A DNA stretch of 64,000 bases. Source: Takakia lepidozioides (lineage: Eukaryota > Plantae > Bryophyta). Location of the stretch: NCBI GenBank assembly GCA_030704615.1, contig CM060733.1, positions 67,704,001 to 67,768,000 of the forward strand, read 5' to 3'. The notes below the pieces were generated by a model. It saw nothing but the letters and a program-made list of their open reading frames with translations. It did no database searches and had not been told where the DNA came from. Of this stretch, positions 1 to 12,469 are shown in pieces (within the stretch, counting starts at the first letter, position 1; every line of letters begins with the position of its first letter). The position numbers were made by a program, and so were the translations under genes.

Positions 1-1896
1 ATGAACAGTGCTGAAAGGAACTATAGCACAACGGAAAGAGAAGCATTGGCAATGATCTATGCAGTGAAGAAATTCAGGCATTACCTGTTGGGCAAGAAGT
101 TTATGTTCTATGTGGATCACCAGGCTCTGATATACCTGGTAAACAAACCTCTGATAAGCGGAAGAATAGCAAGATTGCACGAGTTTGAGTTCGAGGTTGT
201 TTACAAGCCTGGGAGACTGCATCTTGTGGCGGATCATTTGTCACGATTGTCAACAGGAGAACCAGCCACAGGAATAGATGATCAATTACCAGATGCGAGT
301 CTCTTTGCAGTGGAGGTGCAGGGAAGTGCAGATGACTGGTTAGATTGGCAGTGGCCAATCAGATACTACCTTGCTCATGGTCAGTGCCCACCTAGTTATG
401 GTAAGGAGCAGAGGAAGAGAATCGCTATCAAAGCTTTACCTTATACTATGGTAGGAAGCAGAATGTATAAGTTAGGACCTGATGGAGTACTAAAACGATG
501 CTTGTACCACCATGAAGTAAATAAAGTTTTGGCGGAAGTTCATAAAGGAGTGGCTGGAGGTCATTTTGGAGAAGAGACTACCAGTAGGAAGATACTACTC
601 GCAGGATACTGGTGGCCTACTTTGTTCAAAGATGTACACGAGTATTGTCAGAAGTGTGATGAATGTCAGAGGCTAGGACCTTTGCAGAGATCTGGAAGGA
701 TGGCCTTGCATCCTACAATGCCTACGGAACCATTTCAGAAATGGGGACTAGACTTTGTTGGACCAATTAACCCACCATCCAAGAATACACGAAACAGGTA
801 CATAATTACAGCCACTGATTATACTACAAAGTGGGTGGAAGCTAAAGCTTTGAGGGACAACACAGCCAAGTCCACAGCAAGGTTCCTGTACGAGAACATA
901 CTTACACGATTTGGCTGTCCCTTAGAATTTATCAGTGATCAGGGAAGTCACTTCATGAATGAGACCATTGAGTTGTTGACTAAAGAGTTTATGATTGTGC
1001 ATAGAAAGAGTACAACATATTACCCACAGGGTAATGGGCAGGCAGAGGCTACCAACAAAATACTATGTACTATCTTGGCTAAGATAGTCAATGCAAACAG
1101 AACGGATTGGGATACAAAGCTGCTGACAGCTTTGTGGTCATACAGGACTTCATATAAAGTCACCACTAAGTATACACCATTCCAATTAGTTTATGGTATG
1201 GAAGCCTTACTTCCAGTGGAATTCCTGTTACCTACCATGAGAACGGAGTGGGGAAAGAGAATGGAATTGCAAGACTCCATCAAGGTCAGGAAACATGAAT
1301 TATACCATGTGGAAGAAGTACGTGCTGATGCAGCTGATAATATGACCAGAATTCAGATGAAGCGAAAGGAACAGTTTGATGAAGGCAAGTTAAAGACTTT
1401 TAAGACGGGGGATTTGGTTCTATGGTTGCAGAAGAAAGGAAAGATTCAAGCTTCTAAGCTTAAATCACCATGGAAAGGACCTTATGTCATACAAAAGATG
1501 TATGATAACAACACCGCCATGTTACAAACCATTAACAAAGAAATGCTGGGAAGAGTCAATGCCAATAAGTTGAAGGGGTACAGTGGTATCCATGACAAAC
1601 CCTTGCAGCATGATTTGCATGTTGAACCGCAAGAGCAGTCACGGGCTGCACCAGTGTTACGAACGGAGTATGGAGCACTTGTCGCTAGGCCCAGCATATA
1701 TGACCAGGGCGGGCAAAACAACGTGACACAGCCTATCACAGCCCATCACGACGTGACACAGCCTATCACAGCCCATTACAACGTGACACAGCCTATCACA
1801 GCCCAGCACTGCGCAACACAGCCTATCACAACCTACCACAGCGTGTCACAGCCTATCACAGCTTACCACAGTGCATCACAGCCTATCACAGCGTAA
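1..1896 (+). CDS. pol: Gypsy pol C-terminal part: RNase H, integrase (HHCC, DDE core, GPY module)
   Basis: AERNYSTTEREALA..VDHQAL (RNase H), H-x-GGHFG..C..C, WGLDFVGP, FISDQGSHF, YPQGNGQAE, WKGPY. Confidence 0.95.
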   Translation: MNSAERNYSTTEREALAMIYAVKKFRHYLLGKKFMFYVDHQALIYLVNKPLISGRIARLHEFEFEVVYKPGRLHLVADHLSRLSTGEPATGIDDQLPDASLFAVEVQGSADDWLDWQWPIRYYLAHGQCPPSYGKEQRKRIAIKALPYTMVGSRMYKLGPDGVLKRCLYHHEVNKVLAEVHKGVAGGHFGEETTSRKILLAGYWWPTLFKDVHEYCQKCDECQRLGPLQRSGRMALHPTMPTEPFQKWGLDFVGPINPPSKNTRNRYIITATDYTTKWVEAKALRDNTAKSTARFLYENILTRFGCPLEFISDQGSHFMNETIELLTKEFMIVHRKSTTYYPQGNGQAEATNKILCTILAKIVNANRTDWDTKLLTALWSYRTSYKVTTKYTPFQLVYGMEALLPVEFLLPTMRTEWGKRMELQDSIKVRKHELYHVEEVRADAADNMTRIQMKRKEQFDEGKLKTFKTGDLVLWLQKKGKIQASKLKSPWKGPYVIQKMYDNNTAMLQTINKEMLGRVNANKLKGYSGIHDKPLQHDLHVEPQEQSRAAPVLRTEYGALVARPSIYDQGGQNNVTQPITAHHDVTQPITAHYNVTQPITAQHCATQPITTYHSVSQPITAYHSASQPITA

Positions 1897-1935
1897 CACA
1901 GTATGACACAGCCTGTCACAGCTCAACACAGCCTA
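1720..1935 (+). repeat. 30-bp tandem repeat (~7 copies, ACGTGACACAGCCTATCACAGCCCATTACA-like), translated as VTQPITAHxx at the pol C-terminus
   Basis: Periodicity visible in both DNA and protein. Confidence 0.95.
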
Positions 1936-1961
1936 CTAAAGTTACACGATCCATAGAATCA

Positions 1962-4900
1962 GTGACAGGTGGACGCATAATAACTTCAGGAAAATGGCTG
2001 ACGGAAGAGAAAACGGAAATTACTTTAAAAATAGACACGTGGAGGTCAGGGCGCGACACACAGCCGAGAAGGAAGTGCAAGAACAGGTGTCAAAAAGAAA
2101 GAGGACAAGAACGGCCGTCAAAAGGGATGAAAGGCGGGCCCATTAATGAATACGGAAAAAGGGAAACGGAACGAACGGCAAATACAGAAAAGCAAAATTC
2201 TTGTCACATGTGTGATCCTAGTGGACTATCCAGCAGGGAAAGTCCACTAAAGAAAATAAAATCTAAAATCCAGTCACAGCGGATACAGCCAATAGAAAAC
2301 CAGAGAAATGATCAAGAAAATGGAGGGAAATTGAGCGCAAGAGGCGGCGTCGTTCTGAGTAACGGGCGTCTCGACGGGACAGACCATCAATGCTATAGCT
2401 TGGAAACTATGGAGGAACTAACAGACTATACGCTCGCAATATTACTTACGCAGTGGCATAGACACGAAAGGACAGAGCGGAGCTTTTCTCTTGAGCGATG
2501 CTTGCAAGCCCCGCAGGCTTACAAGAAATTACCCATAGCTTTCTGCGGCAACCATACGTTTATGCTTTGTGCACTACAGGCATTCCTGCAGTTGTTACAG
2601 CCAAAACAGTTCTGTGAGTCTAAAATGAAGAGAGTGAGAGGAATGGAGGAAATCAGGGTGAAGAGCACCACAATTCTGCAGAAACAAACGATTGCTACCC
2701 CACAGGCGATACAGATACTGGAGGAGCTGAGATTGCAAGGATTGCAAAGCCTAGATTGGACATTACACCATAGACAGTACATGTTACAATTTTTGCAGAA
2801 CTTTGAGCCAAGGACAGGAACAACAACGGTGAAGGGAGTTGAATTGATGATTACTCCCCTATACCTCCAGCAATTGTTTCGATTGCCAGCAGGTCAGGTG
2901 CATGTGGAGGAACACAGGGCAAGACTGCAAATAGGGGACTTATTCCAAGAAGGGAGTTTCTTTAAAACTCAGGGTTATGCTTGTACCAAGGCTGTGTACC
3001 CAGGGCTAAAAGAGGTAGGCCAGGTATTGAACGTTCTGATTGCCATGAAACAGAACCAACAGTATTTGAGCAGATCCTTCACGGAGGAAATACTCAAAGG
3101 CCTGAAGGGACAAGAGGTACAATGGGCGGACATAATGTACAACGCACTGGTGGAGGAGATGAAAAGATTACAAGGTACTACCGCAAAGTCTCCTATCATA
3201 GTGTCTGGCCCAATCATTGCTCAAATAATCCTTGATTCTAGCATACTTGATGCGCAAGAAAGAAAGGAAATGGGAGTGTTTGAGCCAGAAACCACTGCAA
3301 TGGAAGAGCAAGGCTCTTCACACAGTGAGGGTGGACTAGCAGGGCAACCCGAGACTAAGAGGCAGAGACGGGGAGAGACTGTAGTGGCGGATCCACTGGC
3401 TTCACGATTCCGCATGATAATGTTTCCCAAGCTCATGGCCAGGAAGGGGCACAGCAGCACAGAGAAATGCTATTACTGGAAGCAGGACCTTCAGAGAGGG
3501 AGGAGGAAGTTACTTCTGTATCACAACCATCACAGCCAGCTGATCGACTTGTCACAAGGTCACAAGTTGTCCATGCAGCTCAACCAGAAATAATTGATTT
3601 GGAAAGAGAAGGGTTAGATATTCCGACTACAGAACAGATAGTGGCAGAAATGGAGAAGGGGGACCTTCTCTATGAATATTCTGGTCTGGTCAAGGAGACA
3701 GAGATCCCAGAGGTGCAACAGTTGCCCAAGGGAAATCCTGAGGTGCATATAATACACACACCTGTGTCGGAGGTACCACAGGCGGAAGGTCATGACACTG
3801 TAGCACCGGTGATAGATGAAGTAGTTCAGGAAGAAAATCCGGTGGGACAATGGCCTGAATGGTTCGTGAGACATCACACTGTTGAGGATCAGGAGGAACA
3901 GCAGCAACCTCACCATGATGACCCTCAACAGGCAATGCTGATGAGTTCCATAGGCAGGACACTTAATTTGTTGGGGACTTATGTCAAATCCCATGTTCCA
4001 ACTACCCAATTGACAGCCTTGAGAGAGGAACTCAAGAAGGAGTTCGAGGCTCGACTAGCCACTGAGTGTGCAAACAAGGTCGATGAAGTGGTCACTCTCA
4101 AGATGCAGCAGGACTTGGGAAATACAGAAGCGGCTTTGCAATTGGCCAAGGAACAATTGATTGAGGCAGGCCTCGCGCAAGACCAGTTGCACGAAGCACA
4201 TAAGCAACAGCTCTATACCAAATGCAGGTGCAGCATGAAAGCAAGTTGCAAGAAGTGAATGCACTACATACGGAGTTGCAGACAATGCATGACAGATGAC
4301 GATACAATGTGCTACATTCACAACTATGCTTGAACAATCTACAAAAGAAATAAACAGTCAAGCGGAAAAATGTACGAAGGCAGAAGAGGAGAATGTTGAG
4401 CAATTGAAACTCATTGTCGATATGAAGAATACAATCTGTCGCAATGAGGATGCTTTCAAGCAATATAAGCAAGTTGAAGCTGATCAAGAGAAGCACATCG
4501 TGGAGTTGCACCAAACGATCATGGCCAATAGAAATGAAATCGCGGTCAATAACAAGGCTTGGAGGGAAGCTAATAATCTGGCTGCTGCCTATGCAAAGTT
4601 GGTTGAACCTCAGGCGAAGCGCATGGAGGCTTTACAACAGCAGTTAGAAGTGTACAAGCTAAGAGATGAGCAAACTCTCAGGAGGACCACAAGCAACTTG
4701 GTGGATAACAGCCTTATGCAGGTCTGGTTAGCACAAGGGCCAGTAGAGGGCAAAGCACCACGAAAGCTCACCCAAAACGAGATGAATGAGCTCAGGCTGC
4801 AGGTGCAGAACATTGCCACAACTACTATAGACAATGTCTATAGTAGGATAGCAGAGTTACAAGAGGATGTAGACGGACTGCAGACTCAAGTGGAGGACCT

Positions 4901-5882
4901 CACTTCAAACATCGACAAAAGAGTCTATATCCCTCAGGAACAGCTAATGGCTTCTTATTTACAAGCCAGAACTTTGGCTTTTCAGTCTACACAGGAGGTG
5001 CAGGAGATGCCAATGATACAAGAGCCAGTACCACCACCACCACAACAAGTCACTGTACCAGTAGCTGAACCTGTGGTTACTACAACCACACCACAGCCAC
5101 CACAGCCTGAGGTATGGGGCAATGCTACTTTTAACCCACCTAAAACTCCAGCTGCAAGGGAGTACAGTAGGGCTATGATTATGCCCTTCAACCAAATTCC
5201 CATCATGTTGGATTTGGCTTGGAAAGAATTTAGTCCTCCGCAGTCATTCGCACATTACTACCAAATCATGCGTATTTGGCTGCCAGTGGCAACTAGGACT
5301 AAAGTTCTTCCGAACAATCGACATATTGAAGATCATCACTTTGCACAATACTGGCACGAGGCAGGTACCATGTTGAGGGAATTGATTGCTTTCCAGGTTG
5401 TACATGGACTCATTTATACCAAGACCAAGGAGGTAGCAAGTATTGTCATGGGATGCGGGTTATACTACGCTGCTTGTTTTCTGGTACGTTACCACATTGA
5501 GCAACAAAAGATGCAAACACGCTTTCTGAGTTATTCCAGTGGAGATCATTGGGTATTACCTTCGGTGCCACCTCATATGTACCTATATGACCCAAAAGTT
5601 ATGATGCAAAAGGATTCTCAAATTCGTTCATGGTTTCAAGCGGCCTGGAACAATTTGTCAACACAGAAATTCGGCATTGATGATATTTTCTATAAGGGAC
5701 ATGTGGCATGGAAATACTTGCACGCTGCACCAGTAATTGGTACCCCACTCACCTGGACAGACAAGGAGCTCAGTGTCTACACCAATTTTGCTGTTCAGCG
5801 GTTACACCAAGTTGTAAAATACAAACTTCCAGACATGGTAGGACAGCATTGTATGCCCCAGATGATTCTTCAAAAAGTTTGA
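1962..5882 (+). pseudogene. Extra ORF of the Gypsy element, split by ~2 frameshifts; plant-transposon-protein-like N-terminal domain followed by a coiled coil
   Basis: Overlapping ORFs 1962-3593, 3467-4258 and 4296-5882; LQFLQNFEPRTGTTTVKGVELMITPLYLQQLFRLP resembles Athila/Tat-type extra-ORF domains; E/Q/L-rich heptads. Confidence 0.7.
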
Positions 5883-6215
5883 AAATTAAAACACCTGAGA
5901 GGCGATGAGGATTCTGATACAACTGTTTCTTCACCGAATTCTTTTGACATGGGAGAAGACTATGCAGTTCAGATGGCAGAGAAGAAGCGACGGGGGTCTC
6001 CTATGCCGGAAAGGTTACCTCGATATCAGCCTCCAGAGGGCCTCACTTATCCAGGTAGTGACCAACCATCTCCGTCAACCAGAGACAGACCTAGGGCTCG
6101 TACACACAGTCCGCCACGAAACTCTCAACGTCAAAAAGGTGATCACTCACAAAGGTTTGCTAATCGAAATCAGTAAACCGTGAGGACACGGCTTTTTGAG
6201 GGGGGACGGGGTAAA

Positions 6216-7036
6216 TGTTAGAGGACTGTCGGGGACTTAGACACTTATACGGGATCTGTAGGGTACCCTTAATTTTTGCACAGACTGAGACCAACAGGAG
6301 CCTTAGGGGTGACAGCAGCGCACTGTAGAGGGGGGTTACACAGCCCGTCACAGACGTCACAGCAGACACAGCCGACACAGCCAACGCAGCCCGTCACAGT
6401 CGTCACAGTAGACACAGCCGACACAGCCAACACAGCCCGTCACAGCAGACACAGCCGACACAGCCAACACAGCCCGTCACAGTCGTCACAGCCGACACAG
6501 CCCGGCACAGCCACACAGCCAGTCACAGCCCGTCACAGTTTCACACAGCCAGTCACAGCTTGACACAGCTGTCACGATCATAGGGAACGAAGAGTAGGAC
6601 AGGGAACGACTGTGGGGAACAACACCTGCGAAGGGAACATGTTAGTTCACAGACGACGGTTAGTGAGGGAAACGGTTAGAACCACGGATAGGAAGATAAA
6701 GGGAGAAACGGGGAATTTCGGGGGACATCATTGGGAGGAGGACTTCTTGGTCATGCAGGAGGGGGGATGGGGCAGAGATGAAGAACGGAAGTGAAGATAG
6801 AGAGATGATGAGTAGATGCTTGTTATATGCAAGGCTGTAATGATATTGTAGAGCAGATTAGAGACACAATGGCTTCGGCCTGATACCTAATAAATCATAA
6901 TCGGATACTTTTATGATACAATCACACTGTGTAGAGAGATCTGAGTGAAGTTGTGGAATGAATGGATGAGTTGACGGAATCCAATAGATTGATAAAGCAA
7001 ACTGATACTTAATTATCAATGGTAAGGTAGTTAACA
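6216..7036 (+). repeat. Putative 3' LTR containing a CACAGCC-rich tandem array (~6339-6575)
   Basis: Starts with TG directly after the PPT; the TGTTA/TAACA terminal inverted repeat sets the end; the partner LTR is not in the window. Confidence 0.65.
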
Positions 7037-7183
7037 TGAATGCCAAAAGGGAAACAAATAGGAAACACCCCCATGATACACTAGCTGTAGGTCATGACTG
7101 ATTGTTCTGCGCGGGCCGAGTACTTAGAGATTTCCAACTCTTCTATCTTGGAGTTTCCACCTCAAATAGCGAAGGGATGGGTG

Positions 7184-7960
7184 AGTAAAAAGCAGTGCGA
7201 CACAACGCACAGTGTTTGAGCTGTACATGTCACTGCTTTTTTGGTGTTAAATTCGGACTTCCAGGGCAGGTTTATGATGATGTAATAACCATTCAGTGGC
7301 AGCTCGAACAGTGTGCGTTGGCGCACACTATTTGAGGTGAACATGTAAGTGTTTTTTCCGATTGAAATTCGGCATATAGGGCACGTTTCTGAGGATGAAA
7401 TAACCATTCAGTGGCAGCTCAAACAGTGTGCGCCAACGCACACTGTTTGAGCTGTACATGTCACTGCTTTTTTGGTGTTAAATTCGGACTTCCAGGGCAG
7501 GTTTATGATGATGAAATAACCATTCAGTGGCAGCTCAAACAGTGTGCGTTGGCGCACACTGTTTGAGCTGAACATGTAAGTGTTTTTTCCGATTGAAATT
7601 CGGCATTTAGGGCACATTTCTGTTGATGAAATAATCCCTCACTGGCAGTTCAAACAGTGTGCGTCAACGCACACTGTTTGAGCTGTACATGTCACACTGT
7701 TCGAACTCACCTTTTCACTTTTTTCATCCAAAATCGGCCGCATATCTTGGAGTTTAGAATGAACACTTACCTGGCACAAGTAGATGTTCAATGGTCATTT
7801 ACATGGCAAGTGAAACAGTGTGTGTCAATGCACACTGTTTGAGCCCACTTTTACATTTTCTATTTCTGTGGAATTCGGCAACATAGGACATGTCTGTGAG
7901 GGTCAATGTACACTTACCTGGCAGCTTACAATACTGTGCGTCAACGCACACTCTTTGAGC
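7184..7960. repeat. Array of 7 long palindromes CAGCTCAAACAGTGTGCG-N4-CGCACACTGTTTGAGCTG inside a probable intron (7181-8028)
   Basis: Perfect 18-bp arms at 7415-7454 and 7531-7570; near-perfect at 7300-7339 and 7646-7685; degenerate at ~7184, ~7810 and ~7922; 231-bp dimeric period; GTGAGT at 7181 and CTGCAG ending 8028. Confidence 0.92.
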
Positions 7961-8028
7961 CCACTTTTTCATGCCTAAGCCGACGTTTCATGCCTCTCTA
8001 ATATCAAGTTGAATGAACAACCCTGCAG

Positions 8029-11000
8029 GAGAAGATGCAAAGTGTGGCAGATGAGGTCCCTTCAGGTCAGGAGAAGGAGATAATTGTTGATGTGGACGAT
8101 GAGTTCTATGAAAGCAAAGCCGCTGAGATGCTGGGGGGTCAGAAGGTAAACTCTCAGATTGTGGTGCAAAGTATGCTTGCCACGGGTGGGAGGTTGAAGA
8201 TTCCCCTGTGTAGGTTAGTTTCCATGCCCGTCGTTCGTACACCCCTCGTCAAGGACATTCTCATGCTGGAGGCCGAGTTTGTGCATGGGTATTTGGATGG
8301 ATCCGCAGTCTTTTACGTTTCTACTAGGGATTCCAAAGGTAATGAGCTCCTCGTGGATCAGTCAATCGTGGACTCCTGGGACCCCATTTGGAGACAGCTG
8401 AACGAATCCTTCGAACTTCTTCTCTCCAGGAAACCTTCCACCCAGGCATTCTCGGGAAAGATGTTTCACGTTTGGGATGGGAACCACCGCTTGCTTGCAT
8501 GGATGGCTGTCATTGGGAGGCTGCATTCACAGGAGGAAGAGTGGCATTACTCTGTTTGATCGATGATGCTAGATTGTGACGGGAACATGATGGGTCTTCT
8601 GACGGCAATGAATGATGTGAACAGGTTGGTTTCTCATTCTACATGTTCCACTTGTGGTTCCGTTCTTCTTTGATTGAAGACCTTGAATTTCATTCTGACT
8701 TATAGATATCATTCTGCAGAGGAATAGAATGAATGAAGAAGACATTGAAGACACATTCGGAACGGTGGGAAGTGCTGAAAGTGCAAGCTCAATCAAACCT
8801 CATGAAATGTGAATGTTGAAGAGACGAACCTGTGCCCATCGACAAATCCAGAACTCTGGCGTCTGTGTAGGTGCAGCACTCCACAATCGTTTGAATGAAA
8901 GCCGGACTCCTCTCCCTCGCCCCTCTCCAAGGAACCCCATTCCCCCTTCGCAAGCACACGTTGCTGTCGACGTAGTTGTGATGCATGTCATCCGTGGGGG
9001 GATCTGTCCTGTCATCTATGAACTTGGCCCCATGAGTGATGACAAACTTGGTAATGCCGGCCGGAGTCGTTTGTGGATGCACCCGGACGAGACAAACAGC
9101 TTCAAACAGACGAGTCTGCGAACATGACATCCACAAGGAACTAAGAAGCAAAAAAAAATCGGGCCCCTACATATGAGTTCGAGCGACCTATACAACCCCA
9201 TCGGAGAACAACCAAGAAGAGGAAGAAGAAGGCAAACTCACCATCTCTCCCGGGCGATCCCCCTTCGTAAGGTACATGCTGTTCACACAATTCCATGTCT
9301 TCACGACTCTCATGCCCGAGGCTTTCAAATAGCTGGAAAGTGCACGGCGACACCGACCGTCGATGGACTGGATGAGCACCAAAACACCTGCATCGGACAA
9401 GAAGAAGTTGCAAAAGGAGAAAACCCACCGCCAGTAGCGCTCATCAAAAGCATTCCAACCCGGACAAGCACCCGATGGAGGGATATCCGGGACTGCCAAC
9501 CCATCAGGGATGTCCAAGATGATGAGTTCGGCTGCATATGGCTTCTCCTTCCCGTTCACCCAGGATTTGGTCATTTTAGCCTGCAAACAAAAATACAATG
9601 GAATTCTCACAAGTTTAGAAACGATCCATGCCCACAGCAGACAAAAACAACAGAAGCCACAGAACCCAAAGAGAACACGCACCGTGCTGAGGAACTGCAC
9701 AATCCTGTCCCACACTGGTGATGGCTCGCCCTTGTAATCAGATTTCTTCAACTCCATCATGGCAAGGAACCCGACGTTGGCCATCTCCAACCTGGTTGGG
9801 CGAATGACCCTCGTGGGATGTTCCACTGCATGGTACGGGTCCTTGGGATCAACCACCCCCTTGTTTTTTCTCCCGGATCCCCTACCATGCGGTGGAGTCT
9901 GCTGGACATGCTCCACAGGGCCAATATCTGCAACACTTCCCTGCCCTTGTGCCACCTTCCCTCTACCCCTTCCCTTCCCCACAACACCAGCAACATCTTT
10001 TCCCTTTGCCTTTCTTCCTCTACCTGGGGTATCGTGAGCGGGAGGCTCCTTCTCTGCAAGAGTCCTCAAATTTCGTTCATGAATGTCGAGGTCGGCTGCT
10101 GCGGCAGTGGCTGCAATACGGTCATTCTCTCGAACAAACTTTATGTACCTGCAGCAACAGAGACAGCCTCATTTTACAATGGAAATATTTGTGGCAACTT
10201 TTCCATCACACCAGGAAGACCCCCTTAAACAGTATGCCACACAACACATTGCAACCACAGCACAAATAAGTAGTGCAAGAGTGTGCACCTGTAAAGGCAT
10301 CGTTTCCAGGCTTCCTCTCCTTTTTCTTGCTGGTCCAGCTCATTTGTTCGACTGATGCCACCCTCCTTGCTGAACTCTCTAAAGAAACAAGAGTGCCACA
10401 CTGTGGCTCTCCATTTCCTCATGTATGCTTCGAAGGACACCTTCGGTGCTATCATACTGATGCCATAGTCAGCCAGTTGACTATGCAGAACCGATCTGGC
10501 CCTTTTTTTTTTTTTTGATGCAAAACAATACAAATGCAAGAATGAAACCAAAACTAATCACAGCGAATGTAAGAGGCAATAGAAAGATAAGGACAGGAAA
10601 AGAGAAAAGACAGTGACACAGGGAAGGACATCACACCTGGCTCCAGTAAGTGGCCTTGTGAAGCCAGGTGTCCAGCACATTGTCACTGACAGGAATGACA
10701 CGCTGGGTCTTCTTCTCTTTCTCCGGCCTTGGGAACATGTGGGTATCCCTAACTGTGGGATCGGAGTTCCATATCTGCAGCCACTTCACCTTTTGTTCTG
10801 GAGACACAACGGCGGTAGACAGCCTGTGCAACTTCTCCTGGGCCATTTCTGGCTTGCCTGGCTTGTTATAATGGTTTTTTTTATCTCCAGGAGAAACTGC
10901 GGTCCGAATGATGGGTCGGCAATTCTCAACTGCTTCACGAAAGCACTCATTATAGTCCTTCTTGTAGCGGTCATCTCTTTCTGGATGCGACTCTCAACCC

Positions 11001-11960
11001 CCTTTGCTGTCCTTCTCTCCTTAGGGGTAGAGCTGTAGTATTCCAGTTTGACACGCTCCCCTGCATCTGCAATGTCTTGCTGCAAGGGAATGCAAGAGAG
11101 TTGCATCAGCACAAGGTCAAGGGAAACAAACAGAAACAAACATGTGGAATATGGAAGACCAGATGAAGGAAGATGTATCTCACCGTGTACATGTACTCCA
11201 TGAAAGCCTCACGGGTCAACGAGTACCACGTTTCCGATGTCTTGGAGCTTTCGCACTTCTTGTACATCTCTGCTGAAAGGATGGTCTTGAAGTTGGTTAA
11301 GGGCATCTGCCCTATCCTTTGTATCCTATATAGTGTGTGAACCAAACTCGTTTTGACATGCGATGTCTCATTCAATGTCTTCATTCATTCTGGCCACGCT
11401 TGCAAGGCCAGTGCGCGACATGTCTTTGGGATTGAAAGGGATGCTGAGATTTACAAGAACCTCCTGATGGGTTTGGGTGGACACACTTCTCAAGTCCTTC
11501 CGAAGCCCCGTCCCATTGATACTGATACAGAGGAGACTTCTGACAAGGAGCTGGACTCCGACTTTGCCTGTGAGTAAGTTCAACTTGTGCATGCTTTCAT
11601 TGTTGTTTCAATATCGAGAGTCGTTGTTCTTCAGGCAAAGTGCACATGGGAGACATCCTCTTTGTTGGACTTGTGCATTGCATCATTGTGTTAAAAATGG
11701 GGTTTTGTGGACATGTGCAGGAGTCCGCGTGCTTCCACTTGCCCTCCAGGGCTATCACACCTATTTGGACTTGTTTGCAGTCCTCCTCGGTCTTGCGTGC
11801 TACCTGTCTATGCGGACGCACTCGCAGCAAGCATGTCCGTTCATGGAAAACCGAGTCCACCTTACGACGGCCTTCGTAGAACACGTGGTGTTGGGGCCAG
11901 AATCTTTGTAGATGACATAGCACAGGAGGTGGACACTGATTGTGATGACTGCGACACTTG
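8029..11960 (+). pseudogene. ParB-like/DNA amino-methyltransferase-like fusion gene, copy A; central ~2.65 kb is inverted
   Basis: + strand 8029-8623: IPLCRLVSMPVVR...VWDGNHRLLAW; - strand 11375->8830: linker, LIILDIPDG, RSPAFIQTIVECCT..RVLDLSMGTG; + strand 11385-11570: ACKASARHVFGIERDAEIY. Confidence 0.8.
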
Positions 11961-12324
11961 ATATGAAGTTTTCTTTTGGTTTAATTCTGGGCCAAATTTG
12001 AAATGGGATGGTTGTGTGTCCTTGTTGTCCTGTTTGCAATGTGTGCGTGGAATTCACATTCATGGTTACAAACTATTGTTGGAGATGGGGGTTGCATGGA
12101 CTGCCTGGATTGTTCCTTCAATCTATTTGATGTTTTGTGGACCTCACAGACTGGAGTACATTGCGAAAACAAACAAACCACTTTGGTTCGTGTAGAGCAT
12201 TCTCGCATCATTTGCTAGTTGGTCCCCAAACTATTCCTGCTAGAAGAATGGTTGGTGAATCCATCACGGTGAAGTCCACCTCATCAAAAACTGTTCAGGC
12301 ATTCTCAATTCTACCCACATCAAC

Positions 12325-12466
12325 CCGCGGAAATAGGTGACACCACTCGGAAATAGGTGACATCCGCGGAAATAGGCACTGTTTGCATGCTGACGTGGCG
12401 TGAGCCTGTGCTGGGCTCACGCTTTCCTGGGCTCACAGGCTCACGCCTCCAGGCTCACGGAATAGT
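12325..12466 (+). repeat. Putative DNA-transposon terminus (GGAAATAGG x3, GGCTCAC repeats, ending GGCTCACGGAATAGT)
   Basis: Similar to the termini at 24399, 24701 and 27326; lies just 3' of copy A. Confidence 0.6.
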
Positions 12467-12469
12467 TCA

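Larger units (their letters stand above)
1..7036 (+). mobile_element. Ty3/Gypsy LTR retrotransposon (non-chromovirus with extra 3' ORF); 5' part lies outside the window
   Basis: RNaseH-integrase ORF 1-1896, long downstream ORF, purine tract GAGGGGGGACGGGGTAAA at 6198-6215, then a putative 3' LTR TGTTA...TAACA. Confidence 0.88.

Noticed and set aside
1962-5882. env gene (errantivirus-like)
   Set aside because: No visible signal peptide or transmembrane segment
7184-7960. CRISPR-like array of palindromic repeats
   Set aside because: Spacers are ~75 bp and are themselves repeated (231-bp dimer); no cas genes; eukaryotic intron context
8029-11960. Bacterial or phage contamination as the source of ParB/MTase motifs
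   Set aside because: The genes have GT-AG introns and are interleaved with plant retroelements and a MORC gene
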